Below, piece after piece: positions 23,951 to 40,954 of a stretch of DNA of 64,000 nt. The DNA comes from Octopus vulgaris. Taxonomy: Eukaryota. Location of the stretch: contig OX597815.1 of the NCBI GenBank assembly GCA_951406725.2, positions 82,522,001-82,586,000 of the forward strand, read 5' to 3'. The notes beneath the pieces were generated by a model. It worked only from the letters and a program-made list of their open reading frames with translations. It had not been told where the DNA came from and ran no database searches. How positions within the stretch are numbered: position 1 is the first letter of the stretch; every line of letters begins with the position of its first letter. A program made the translations under genes and the position numbers.

Positions 23951-26469
23951 TATATTTGTGAAATTTATTAAAAGAATTTTTCTTTTTAGATAAATCACCA
24001 ATTTTCTCGGTCTGTAATACATTATTTAAACGGTTAAAGAGATAATACTATGCCGTTAGAGCTGCTGATTGTCTTGGGTAAAGATACTTCACTCATAAGA
24101 TTTCAGTTTTGTTATCTGTAAAGAGTCAAGTTAGTTGAAAAGAATTAGTTCTTGTAAAGATTTGCTGCAAAGGGTTGCTGCAAAGATTTATAGTAACGCA
24201 CTGAAATGCGTAATCATTTCGTTAGGCTACGTTTCTCAGTGTGGGTCTTTCGATGGCTTTGGGCTATAAAAGAAGCAAGTAATGCGACACTATTTTCATC
24301 TTTACTACTGCCCATTTGCAATGCAACAGGATGAGTAAAAATTCATGTAACAATCGATTAAAAACGTGCATTGCTTCAAAGTAGACCAGAATGTATTTGT
24401 GTCTGAATAATATCAGAACGTATTGTACAAACATTATACATATCCATTACTGTGACTTCTCTTCAAACTACAGCATAAGATTATGTTAAGTATAGCAGTA
24501 GTGTCGTGGCTGAAAGGATTTAAAGTTAAAAGAACATTATTTAATTGTTTTATGACTTTACCTTTCTTATTTGGAAAGGGATTATGAATAAGTGGGTTTC
24601 AGTTTCATTGGTTGATACTAAAATGTTTTAATATGGTGTCAAATATATTTTGGCGTGTCTGTCTTTACATATTGAAGTATGCAGAGTAGGTTTTTCATTA
24701 GCAGTATTTGAAAATAAAACCAGTATATTTAGGACTCAAATCCCAGTAAAGTTTTCAAATCCTTACTCTACAAGGCATCATTCCTTCTCTTTAAATGCCC
24801 TTATTACTTTTATTCCTTTACATAATCTCACTTATTGCATAAAAGTAAGTACGAAGAGTAACACCTAATATCCGCCGTTATTTGTGAAACATTCTTTAGA
24901 TGTTCACAATTTCATGCAATCATGACCTAAGTCTGCAATTTATCTTTTATTCTCATATCCATGCAAACTGACCTAGTTTCAGACTAGAAGAACATAAAAT
25001 ATCCAATTAAATTCTTCTACTGAGGATATTATGCATATCATTCTTTGTCCATGCCATCATATTCTATATCGGCTGTGTTTTACTAGTTACTATGCAGACA
25101 CATCTATTCCACATTATCCTCTCTCAGTCTTTGCTGTAATTTACTCTAGGCATATGTTTATATGAAAATGACATTTTACTTCAACTACTAACTGCTACTA
25201 TAACGTAACCATAACCATTTTGACCCACGTTTGCTCTGATACCAATCACTTACGTCATTTACTCTGATTTTTTAAAATCCAAATATACGTTCTCTGCCAT
25301 GTATTATAACCATATGAATGCACTTTCTTAATTCATTATCGGCCTTCATACCATGCACATATCACTGCCATAAACTACCTTAACATTGACTAACATTCAC
25401 GGTTCCCAGAAACGATATGTTCCTGTTAAAATCGAAACTGATGGAGTCTATATAGTGATGCTCTACAAGATGAAGGTTTAGCGATCCGTATCCCATTTAG
25501 GATATGCATCACACCGTTGTGCAAAAAACTGAACTATTAATGTTGCAAACCTCCCACAATTTGCTGACTCAACTCATCACCGAAAATAGAACAAGTTTGG
25601 CTGATTAACAAGTGTTTCGTTAACTTGTATTACTAATGGCTATGATTCACGAGCGAAAATGCTCAGAAAGCAGCACTGCCTCATTGGACTATACCTGATA
25701 ATGTCAGAGAAGGATTAAACTGCGTAAAAAAAGAGCTAGTGGAACAGACAGACAAAAAGAGATTCTATAATTAAGGATATAGAGCTATGATATTAGTAGA
25801 GTGTTGATACAACTTTCAAAAATTTTAATTATAAATTATTTCGAGCGTCATAGAAAGAATTAAAATTTTAAAATATCAGTGTTTTTCAATCAATTAATAC
25901 GGGTGATGTGTGATGGAAATTGTGTCTAGCTGATCCTGCGGGTAAAGAACTAAAAGAATTTTTTAGTGAATAAAAGTTTCCAGCGGTTTCCTGTTGCATT
26001 TCACCTAATGAGTATGAAACCTGATAATATTTACAAAATATCTAGAACATTCTTCGCAACACGTTTCTATATACAGATAACAACATTAAGTACAAACAAA
26101 ACCAGTCTTCTTGTAGTCTAATGAATCAGTTGCTCAGCTCTTTAAACTCTTCTAATTTTAGCTGATAGTCATCTGTATTGAAACTATTATATCACAGCGA
26201 TTCGTATAAAATCCAGGTTTCGTGTTCAAATAAGGAATACTTAATAATTACTTAATCATATTTAAAGACGAAAATAACGTTGACTTCTCTCGAGTGTGCC
26301 TGAGTACAATTGCTACGTGATTTATCGCTCTTTCTGAAAAGGAACGCGAAATGAAAATTGGTTAAAACAGAAGGCTAACATCAAGGTAATAGCAGGGAAT
26401 TCTACAATTTTTACCAGCTAAATTCTCTCTCGCTTTCACTTTTCCATTTTTTTTCTCTCTTTATTTGTC

Positions 26470-26531
<62 letters not shown>

Positions 26532-28386
26532 CCACTTCCTCGTCTCTCTATTTCCTTCTGTGAGAAACAAAATAATCACACTACAGAGAAAATTCATTTT
26601 ATATGAGTGCCGTCTGAAATATTTAGGAGTAGTAGAAGAGGGGGAATATTGTGGTAGTCATGCCTTGTAAATGATGGAGTTGTGGTAGTGAAAATATGAA
26701 AGCAGTTCATTATTCAGAAACTAAACTATACTGGACAAAATCATCTAATGAGGTGCGTATGCATATTCCATAATTTGCATCACGTGGGGTGCCACCATCG
26801 CCGTTCCTGCCTGCTCACTCTTTGCAATAGCTCGTTGTTAGAGGTCGCTGCTGTTGCTGCTGTCGGTGCATTCGTTTACTATTGACTCTGCTTCTTTATT
26901 TTCGAAACTGCTCCCATTGCTACTTGTAGCATGTCTAAGATGGTGATGGTGGGGCTGGTGAGCGTTGGGGACGTTCTTCCATGGACGAAGCTTTTATGGA
27001 GTTAATAGTTTTTGATGTGCTGTATAGGGTGCAAATTAAGGGCTGCCAGGCGGCACACACTGTAGCTACGCTATTGATTGCTACTTGCTATTGCAGCTTT
27101 TGCTGCTCCATCACGGATGCAATGATATTAGAATGTGATTATTTTCTGACACATAGTGATAGTAATTTGTTATCCAGCCTTTAAGGAATCTATGAGCAAT
27201 ATTTTTAACTGATCAAAATTTCCATTTATGAAGAAAATAAATAAAAAGCAAAAAAAAAACAAAAAAAAACACCATCATAAAACGAACTCTAGAGCAGAAG
27301 TACAACATAAGTGAAAAATAATCCTTTACAAAGACAACGATAGTCGACATACAAGATTTGAAAAAGAATGCATACGTTTTAATATGTGCATATTGCATAT
27401 ATTCGTGTGGAGAAGCAACATATTTATCACTCGCAAAAGAGTATGACATTGTAAAATGAACCACACTTCTGTGAATTGTTTTTAGTGTCTATGGACATGT
27501 GAGCTTATATAGACACACTCTCGGACTTGTCAGTCTTGACCCAGAAGTATATGCCCTAAGTTCAAATTTCACCGTTTCAGCGAGAGTAAATTTGGTTTGC
27601 ACACATTTAGATTCGATACATAAAGTATAAATTTAGGGCAGTGGATTTGCAAAAATTGTCAGAGCTTTGGATGAGTTTCTTTCTCAATTAAGTCCCATTG
27701 AGTTTTGACGGCAATGCATATGACGTCATTGGAACCAAGTTGTATTAAAAATAGTCGTTAACTTGTAATACATCGGTGTCAAGGGCACGAAGGGAATTGC
27801 TTTTATGGTCAATGCAAATCTACCTGAAACAAAATAACTGAGCCTGCACCATAGTGATGAACACTCTAGGTGCAATATCTATGGGATCGTCAGATATAGA
27901 GAGCCCTTAACTTATTTAGATGGCTGTGTCAGAACAGTTTAATTATAGGAGACTTTTGTTAAAGAAACAATGTTTTGGAGACTATTTGTTGTACGTTTGT
28001 ACATTTTACATTAAAATCCTCGTTCCAAATTCTCAGGTCCAGCAAACCAAAACAATAACTATTATGGCAGTTATCATTAAAAATAGTTAATATATTAAAT
28101 AAAAGACATCGATGTGAAGTGGATGGAGACTGCAAATCCCGGCGCCCAACCTCCACATATAAACAGAAATAGATTTATAAATCAATGAATAATTGAATTT
28201 CGGTATTTATGTATTCTTCAATCGAAATCCTTGTTCCTGTTCCTTCAAAGACTTCACAAGATGCACAAATAGATATATTGTACATGCAAGCAGACGCATA
28301 TACGTATATACACATACTCATACCTACAAATATATATATTTATATGTGAGTGTGTGTGTGAGTGTTTATGTATATACATACATACG

Positions 28387-28447
<61 letters not shown>

Positions 28448-28679
28448 AAATAAACACACTCATTCTTATATATGTGTATGTGTATGCGTATATGTATATA
28501 TTTATTCATATGCAAATAGATACATATGTATGCATATACACAACACAAATAAGCATACACGTACGCTCACATATCCAATCACACATATATATATATATAA
28601 ATATATGTATGTATATATATGTATGTCTCTTTCTCTCTCTCTATATATATATATATACATATATATATGCATGTGTATA

Positions 28680-28758
<79 letters not shown>

Positions 28759-28824
28759 GTGTATATATATTTACTAATACATACATGCATACATACATAC
28801 ATACAGAAGTACACACTCGTACAC

Positions 28825-28885
<61 letters not shown>

Positions 28886-29529
28886 TAGATATAGATATAT
28901 ATGAATGCGCGTATGTGCCTGAATCTGTTTGTGTATAAATGGATATGTAGAATATATAAATAAATAAACATTTCTTACGTTCACCAGAACTTCAAAGTAT
29001 CGGCGAGGATGATATATACCAATAAACTTCCTCTTTCAACCTAATTGAATGGACCATCTAATTTGTAAAACATACAGACAACACAAGCGCGCGCCCGGGC
29101 TTGGAAGCACACTCACACACATATTGACAATGAAACACATACATACACAATGACACACACTCCACGAACATCCACTTTAATACATAATAAATATAAACAT
29201 ATGAATATATATATCTATGTATGTACGTACGTATTTTTGTCATGTATACATACACATACATATACAGCTATAGTTATTTATGTATGTCGATTTATGATGT
29301 ATAGTTGTTCGTATATATGTAATGATGTGTTTATTAACTTAATTCTTTGTGTACTTATCTATATATTGATTTTAATACATCTTTCTACTACTCATCCAAT
29401 CGATGTAAAATGGCCAATTTTGCTGATCTTTCAGATCACATTATAGGTTCTAAATATAAATATGAAAGGGAGAACATCATGATTTACAATACACATAAGT
29501 TTACATATACGTACATACACACATACATC

Positions 29530-29584
<55 letters not shown>

Positions 29585-29836
29585 ATTAGTATACTTACAA
29601 ATATACATATATATGTATATATATATATATATATATATGCATGCAAATATACATATATATATATGTACACATATAGACACAAAGAGGCATACATACGCAA
29701 ACATACACACAGATAGACAAGTACTCTTGCGCACAATATATTAGAATATGAATCGATCGGTTAATCTATCTATGTGTCTGTCTGTCTATCTTTCTTTCTG
29801 TATGTCTATATATCGATCTATCTATCTGTCTATATG

Positions 29837-29918
<82 letters not shown>

Positions 29919-30670
29919 AATAGATAGATGGATGGATGGATAGATAGATAGATAGATAGACAGATACGTGTAAAATGAATATATACTGATATACGTATAG
30001 TTTGTCCATTTTTCGTTATATAATTTATTTTACCCATTAAAGCCAAGAATATACAGGAGGTCAATATCCTACTTATTATGTGTCGTCTCGATTATACCCA
30101 GGGCCTAATGTATATACAGGGTGTGTTTCAATACTCGTGTTATCTTTTGATGGTGGATCAATGAATTTATGGATCGACATTGCGTTGACTGAATCTTTTG
30201 TTTGCTTATGACTGATATGGAACTCTAAACATAAATGCATCTAGATAGCTCTTAAAATCGGAATGGAACGTCTATTTACGTATAATAAACAATTCGGGAG
30301 GTTGCTGCACAATCGCAGACTTTTAGTTACCAAACTAATAGTCTATACCCTTGTAATATAAGAATTTGGAGAAGAGTTTATTGGTATCTATATAGACCTG
30401 AACTGTCATTCCAATTTTTTTCTCCCTTGCATGCCAAAGATTGAAAATAGACTTCGGACAATTCCTTAAGTATGTATTCTGCCGCATCCGTCCCATCAGC
30501 GTCCCAAACTCTTTGATTCGTACGTAGAGCGGCGAGTCGTTCTCTGTATGTAAGGACCCTGTTTAACATGCTTTAAAACGTTTATTATAATACACCTGTT
30601 TGTGTTTGTGTTTGTGTGTTTTTGTGTTTGCGTGTGTTTTTGTTTGTGTGTGATTGTGCTTGTGTGTGAG

Positions 30671-30721
<51 letters not shown>

Positions 30722-30954
30722 TAGAGAGAGTAGGAATGTGTAGCTACAGTCTCACAAACACATACTCGAACATTCTCGAGTATATATATACACGGAAAAT
30801 GTCTGTATGGGTAAAAAGCGATTTGTGTAAACACATACGTACAAATATGTAAATATTATATTTTTAGGGAAAATGCAATACAGGGAAAATTAGATAATTC
30901 AAAACGTACATATATATATTATTATTATTCTATAATTATTCTTATATTTTATAA

Positions 30955-31405
30955 CTAGCAGTATCGCCCGGCGTTGCTCAGGTTTGTTTCGACCCTTTAG
31001 AATTGGAATTTTTGAAAATTAAAAATTATGCATTGTAAATTTAAATGAAATTGGTTGTGTAGTTCTCAAGTTTTAGGGATTCACACAGACAGAGAGACAG
31101 ACATACAGGTATAGCAGAAAACACACACCAAGTTACCACACAGTGGGACTGAACTGAGGATCATGTGTTTTGGAACCAAATTTGTTACCACACAGCCACA
31201 CCTGCACTTATGTATGTGTGCATGGGTGTATATATGTGTACATATTACATGTACATATATATATATATATAAACACACATCTACACATACATGTATACAT
31301 ATACATCTATATCTATAGAAATACATGTATACATATACATATATACATATAGAGCTATACATATACATCTATATATATATATACATGTATGTATACATCT
31401 ATATA

Positions 31406-31460
<55 letters not shown>

Positions 31461-31524
31461 GATGTATATATATATATACATACATGTATATATATATATA
31501 TACATACATGTATATATATAGATG

Positions 31525-31559
<35 letters not shown>

Positions 31560-31912
31560 TGTATATGTATATATGTATATATATATATATACATCTATAT
31601 GTATACATCTCTATATATATGTGTATATATATATATATACATGTAAACTTAAATTTAAAATAATAAGGGTGAAAAATTGAATATTAATTTGATTAATATG
31701 AATTTAAAACTAGTGGTGTGGAGAAGATATAATATTGCTGTGGGCTTGCTCTAGGCAAAATGTTAAAAATTCTTTTTGCCCATGACACTACATGGACTCT
31801 AAGGAAGGCATGTGTAAAATTTAGAATGAAATTGGTTGTGTAGTTCTCAAGTTTTAGGGATTCACACAGACAGACAGACAGACACACATTCTCAGTTTTA
31901 TATATATATAGA
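30955..31912 (-). mobile_element. Non-autonomous Helitron
   Basis: Minus strand: A|TCTATATATA...(TCTG)n...CCTGAGCAACGCCGGGCGATACTGCTAG|T, i.e. 5' TC, subterminal hairpin, 3' CTAG, AT target and no TSD. Internal duplication (31044-31095 vs 31825-31875) and a nested SINE fragment. Confidence 0.75.
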
Positions 31913-31913
31913 T

Positions 31914-33875
<1,962 letters not shown>

Positions 33876-34250
33876 TTATTATTATATTTTAAATGTATGA
33901 ATAAATGAATCAAATTTATGGCCTTAAGGTGTACTTTTTCACTGTACGCAGATATCACATACTGGTAACTAAAAATCTTGTTAATGTAAGCTATCGTTAT
34001 GTATGAGGTACAAATATAGACAAAAATCTTTAAACGCTATACATCTAATGTTAATATAATTATAGAAACACTTAATGCTCTTTAAACAGAAAATCTGTCA
34101 CTCACAAAATAGGTGATAGGGAGTAGAACTGGGAAAATTAGATTGGACGATAAAAACAGATATGAAACACTTTTAAAACAATTCTCACATATCATACACG
34201 TTCGTTTTGAAGCAAGAAGAGATCAATTTTACATCACTTTCAAAATACAT

Positions 34251-34311
<61 letters not shown>

Positions 34312-35748
34312 TGTGTGTGTGTTTGTATACATATTTGTAAACTTTAAAATGTGGTTCTTTTTATTAAAGCTATTTAATTTACTTGAAGAATAACACCATG
34401 ATATTTGCAGCTAGAGGTGATTTCATTCTGGGTGTAAAATCATGCATACAGTAACATTCGAGTCGAACAGGGCTTAAAATTTCGCCTATTGTCTTATTCA
34501 ACTAGAATGGTTGAATAAGGTGATAGAATATAGAAATTATCGTAAAATAGTTAATTTTGGTCGTCTTTAACAAAATGCGTTCTTCCGTATAAATGCTGAA
34601 TAAGGATGCTGAGTTTGTATATTAATAAAAGTAGGGCAGGGAATTGATGTAAAATTAATTATTACCAGAATGCCTTCCTATGATAATTAGTAGTTAAATA
34701 CGGGAAGACATAGCTTCAGAGAACCAAAGGGGAAAAAAAAAAGACTTTCAAAACTGTCTCCGATAATTATTGAGGTAAAAATTAATGCTAGTCATCAATT
34801 AATATTATACATTTAACTATATACTTGATCTTGCTTTCGGCTTTTTAATGTTTACAATCGCAATTATGCCTTCAAATATTTAAATGCTAATTATGTAGAT
34901 GGCGTCTCAATTTTTATTTAGCTCAGCGTCAACATATTATTTATGGATAATACAATTTCAACTTAATTTACAGTTTGATTGCTAATACTCTATCGTAATA
35001 GTCTGCGCTTCATTGAAGAATTACAGACACACGAAAACACAACGAAATTTGTAATAATTTATCGAGCTAATGATTGGGCTTCAACGTAGTCACAAGCAGG
35101 AAATATTTTCGAAATCTCCTCCAATTTTACACTATACCGATTTACAAAAAAAAGAAGACATTGTATAATGCTGCATGAACCAAGATTTACTATGGCTAAG
35201 AACTCCATTTGATAACCGAAGTTGGAATGTTTGTCCCATAACATCCTGAGGATGTTATGGGACAAAACAGTAATAAATATTGAAATGTTTTGGCGAATAT
35301 ATAATCATAGCTGTGTTCTTATTTCTTTTTTGAAGCATTCGATATGCCTTCACCCATATAACTGTTTATCTACATTACGTCAGTTCAAATGAGTGTCAGG
35401 AATAGGAAGAAGATTATCAGTGGGTGGCAAAAGCAATAGAGCAAGTCATTGCCCAAGGGAGTTTTTGGACCGGAAAAATACATAAATGAACGAGTATATA
35501 TAAATAATTATAACGTCATGACATTTTAAAAAGTTTAGTATAAAATTTAATATTGTGAAAATATTAATAATAAAAATAATAATCATCATCATCATCCCCA
35601 CTAACATCGCTTAAGCTAACATCGACATCATTACATCCTGCCTCACTAGGAATGAGTAGGAATGGTGCGAATAGCGGCAAAGCAACATACAGACCAACAC
35701 CCAAACACACTCTCAAATACACATACTCGCATCCACCAGATGCGAGCG

Positions 35749-35822
<74 letters not shown>

Positions 35823-36660
35823 AATCAATTTCTGAATGATCATTACCGAGAAGATCCGAGTAACGATACAAAATGCTTCAACTTCTCACGAAACGCCATC
35901 CCACGAAAGAAGAAAGAAAAACAATCCAATAGGATCGACAGGCAGAACCTAATTATTCTAGGAACACTTGTTTTCAATCTGATAGACGTCCTGGCCCAGG
36001 CAATGATGATAATGTGAAGTAACAGAATCGCAAGCATTGAGAAACATTTTACTTGGTAGTTGTGCGCATTCTCATTCAATGGTTGCCCTCAGTTCAGTGA
36101 ATCTTGCCAAGTTTTGTAGAGTAAGTTTTATCTTTCAAATATCCCCATAAAAAATTACTAGAGATGTACGGTCTGGTGAACATAGAAAATATTCCTAGAA
36201 TGTAACATTTGCAATGACATCACTTAGAGCTTAATTTTAAAATTATTAAAACACGTGTCTCTTGCTGTACAAATTTTCTAAAACTTTGGAAATACTTTTC
36301 AAACAATTTTTGTGGATATTTTGAACAGTTCTGTCTGCTTCAAATTGATCCCTAATTGTAGTAACGGCAAGTCGTGTAGTTGGATCTATATGAAAATCCC
36401 TCTTAAACTGTCATCGTAATTCGGTTGCGTTTTCAAACTTTCAGTAGCAGTAATTGTATACAAAAGTTCGTTTGTTCTAGGCTAATTCGGGTTCCCTTCA
36501 TTATTTCTAATGTGATCAATCTAAGCAGAAATAAAAATTGAGTTATCATCTGTTAACGTACGTTTACATTTTGCTGTTACACGCTGTACATGTTATTATC
36601 TATGTACAAATTTTACCGCATTTATCTAAGAATAAATATTCACTCATACACACACACAAG

Positions 36661-36724
<64 letters not shown>

Positions 36725-36732
36725 CACATACT

Positions 36733-36770
<38 letters not shown>

Positions 36771-37375
36771 CGTACATATATATATCTGTACAAACATAAA
36801 CATATCTGAGAATCTGTATAAATATATATACCATGTTACATAACATACATCTAAATATACGTGTGCGTATGCACACACACACACATATATATGCATGTAT
36901 ATATGTATATTTAGTAAGAGGGAGAGAGAGAGAGAGAGAGTGAGAGAAAATGGGAGAGTGAGGGAGGAGTGATAGAGTTTTTACACAAGTAGATTTATAG
37001 TAAAAAATAAAAATAAAAAATGTTTCTAGAACTTTATTTTGGATGAAAGAAATAAAAAGAATGTAGAGATTTTTTATTATCAAAGTATGCAACCGGTTTC
37101 AATCGTTCTCAAAAACAATTTGTTATGCTGTAAGTGAAAGGGAAATAAATCTGAATTACATTTCAGGTGAGGTTCCAAAAATGATATGATGAATGCTTAA
37201 CTTTAATATATTTCAATTTATTTCCCATTTTCTCACTGATTGATTAAATGATAATATAAAACGATTGAAATCGGTAGCATGTGTTGATAAATATCTATGA
37301 TAAAAAATTTTGAAAGCAATTCCTTCTGTTTTATACATATATACATGCGCACACACGCACACACATACACATACA

Positions 37376-37444
<69 letters not shown>

Positions 37445-39269
37445 CCGCGTTTTGAATCTTTCAAAATGATAGGGGAGATATCAGTTCACGTTATCTTGGT
37501 CAATGTGACATTGCACAGAAAATAAAAAGAAGCACTCACTACATACAGACAAACATGCCAACTATTGAGGTTTGTTGCATTGGGTGATTAGTGGAGCAGA
37601 AATAACGAGACACACGCTGCTCTTAAGCTCTTAACCAAGTCAAATGTCCCTGAACTATTCTGCGAACCTGAGGTACAGTCAGCAGGCATTGACAAGTGTT
37701 TTCGAGAATAAACAGTTTGGAAAAGTTGTGAAGGTAACTGCATCGAATGAATAGATTGGTCATTCGATGAGCCTGGGTTTCAAACCATATTTGCATCTGC
37801 AGAGGCTGAAGAAAGGGAGAGACTGGGAAAAGGAGCTGATGCCTTTGGTGTTGGAAGGAAAGATTAATGTAGCAGTAGAAATCAGTTCGGAGAAAGAAGT
37901 GAAAAAAAACAAAAACAAAAAAAACACAAAATATGCACGAACCATCACCATTTCGACTGCTTGCTCTTTATTCTACATAATCAGTCATAATTTCAAGAAG
38001 TTCCATCATTAAACATAAACCTCAAGCTATGGGGTTTCGTTTTTTTAAACTGGGCAGCTATTTGTTATTATTGAAAATGTAACATATTCACATGGAATTA
38101 GAACTCAGTTCACCTGTACAGAAATACATTTACTAGCATAACATGTAAGTACGTGTTTAGGTTAAGGCCTGCTATAGATAATTACTGACAATAGTTTTGA
38201 TTTCTTGTTCACATATACGTTTTATAATAATGATGAAGATGGTGTTTTGTGGTTGATATGAGTGTTGTTGTTATTCAAATTGCTGCTGTTGACAATGATA
38301 TAATGTCCGCCGATAATGTTTTTGGCGTTGTTGTTGCAGTCGTAGTTACTGTAGACATTTAAAAAATACCTGTATCAATTACATGCCTTATATATATAAT
38401 ACAATCGAGCCACTCACAAAACAATAAAGTATAATAAATATAGAACGATCAGTATCTTCTATTCCGACACCAATATTACTATCACAACAGCAACATCCAC
38501 AACATTAAAGACAACCAACAACTACTACCAACATCACAATAGCAACAGCTATAAAAAAAAACACAGAAAAAGGAGAGAACTATTGAAATATATGTAGGTA
38601 GTCGTTGCATATATGTACAGCTACATATATGCACGAACATGTATTAGTCATATAAAGCTCTCTCACCCAATCCGAACAAAAATGAAAAGCATTAAAAAAA
38701 ATGAAATCTCGGAAGGAAATACAAGAGCTGTATATTATTTTAAAGAAAAAGAAAAAAACTGCTACGGAAGAAAAGAGAGAATAAGCTGCGTTTCCATGTT
38801 TACTAAAAATAGAATGGTCAAATTGAGTGGATACCTTTGGGAAAAAAATAACAATAAAAAAATAATCAGATTAAAAGCAAACATTCCCAAAAGACGTCAT
38901 TCAAAAAATATGCTTAAAACAAATTACCGTTTAAAAGAAACTCTTGTGAAAGGATAAAAATCAGCAACAACAAAATTATCCTAATTAAACAATATAAGTC
39001 CAAGAGGAATAGTGGCAGGTTAAATAACGTTAAAAGGTAATTAATTTTCTGTATTTGTTTTTAATATTTTCTGTCCTCTTCGGAATTCATTCATTTATTC
39101 ATTCATTTACTTTATCATTGTCTGCAACAGTCTACCTATCAGCAGTTGTTTCTGAACAGGATGTAAAGGAAGGAACAATTTACATTTACAAACAGTTGCT
39201 TTTGTTGTTTGCTTTTTTTTTTGCTTCTCGTATTGAAATTTTTGCAACATACGCGCAAACACGCACACA

Positions 39270-39326
<57 letters not shown>

Positions 39327-39413
39327 ACCACAGACATATATATAATAAACGTCCTGCTTAGAGACGAATTTAATCGTAGAGACAACGCATTTGTTGCTGC
39401 TGTTTCTGTACTT

Positions 39414-39508
<95 letters not shown>

Positions 39509-40476
39509 AGTGATTATGCTGTTTGTCACAGGGGTATCGTAACTGCAAAGTATTTTAAACACGACGAAAGATTTCGTGCTGCATACAAAATGTCCGAATA
39601 ATGCAAAGCATACAATCAAAAGTTATACACACACATATAAAACGAAAGAATATTCTATATGCGTCTTTTAGTCACTTTGTCTTCGAGAGCTTTCATTTTG
39701 TCTGGGTTTTTAAGGTCGTCCGATGTCCTGTCATCTAATTTATACATACAAATGATTGCTCCATATTCACAGATGATTGCCGTCTCCTTGTGCTTCCTCG
39801 TTGACAATGGCATCTCTGACATTCTACCCACAACATAGCTGGTGATTACTCAGTCCCTTTGCAAATCTGCATGGTTAGGAGTATACGTGACAAATGAAAG
39901 TTCTGTGTACTTCCAACGGGTTAGCCTGCATACTCTTCTATTGCTATAGGAATTTCAGTAGATGAGATGACAAATAATATGGTTGTAATAAAGAGACATC
40001 TGTGTCATTGGATAAACGCTTGTACAGCATGAATACCATTCTCCGAGTGGCAGTGATTAGTGCCTTGTGACCGGCCGAAGTGAAGTCAATAGTAGTCACA
40101 TGAAACTAGATTTTACACTATAGTGTCCTTCTCGTAGAAGGATGCTGTTATAGCGGCTCACACCCGATGGTTTTACTGTGTGCCCTGTCACCAACCAAAA
40201 GCAGGTCTTCGTCCCTACGCTGAGTGGCAATGTCATCTTATGTTAGTTAACACATAACTGGGATCCTGAGAGGTGCTACTATTCCGGGTCAGAGAACCCT
40301 CGGGAGCAATAGGGGCGAAGAGGTGATTCCACACTCCTCAAAACTAGACCTTCCAACCATGATGCCACCACCTAACATTGATTAAAGTCATACTCAGGAT
40401 ATAATACATACATACATACATACATACATACATACATACATGCATGCATACATACATACATACATACATACATACA

Positions 40477-40508
<32 letters not shown>

Positions 40509-40706
40509 CACGCACATAGGTTTCTTGTAGTCATAAACACCTGCTTGAAAGTGTATCAACATGTAATTCTATATATCTCTATTCGTATGAATACTTATAT
40601 CTAATTTTATTATGCGTCTATGTGAATACATATGATTTTCTAAATTGGCATGTATACAGAAATTACTTCTTTTCCTCAAACCATATTGCAATATTTATGT
40701 AGATAT

Positions 40707-40925
40707 TAAGGCGGTGAGCTGTCAGATACGTGAGCACGCAGCTGCAAAATACTGAACGGCATTTCGCTCATCAAATTTCGCCGAGGTCGTGCTTGACTTT
40801 CATCCCGCGGTCGGTAAATAGACTATTCGGTAAATAGATTATTCGGACCACTCAAACAATGTGGTCCGAATAATCGACAAATACTTTCTTCCAAATGTTC
40901 AAGCCTTGTGCCGACAGCTGAAAAG
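40707..40925 (+). mobile_element. Meta/MESC-like SINE with internal rearrangement
   Basis: AAGGCGGTGAGCTG head, GCCGAGGTCG core, GCCTTGTGCC..GAAAAGATTATT tail. Confidence 0.65.
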
Positions 40926-40954
40926 ATTATTTATGGAGATATATCGTTTCGAAA

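Noticed and set aside
30117-30353. Possible Tc1-type MITE (TA-CAGGGTG ... ACCCTTG-TA)
   Set aside because: The terminal match is too short and imperfect to support.
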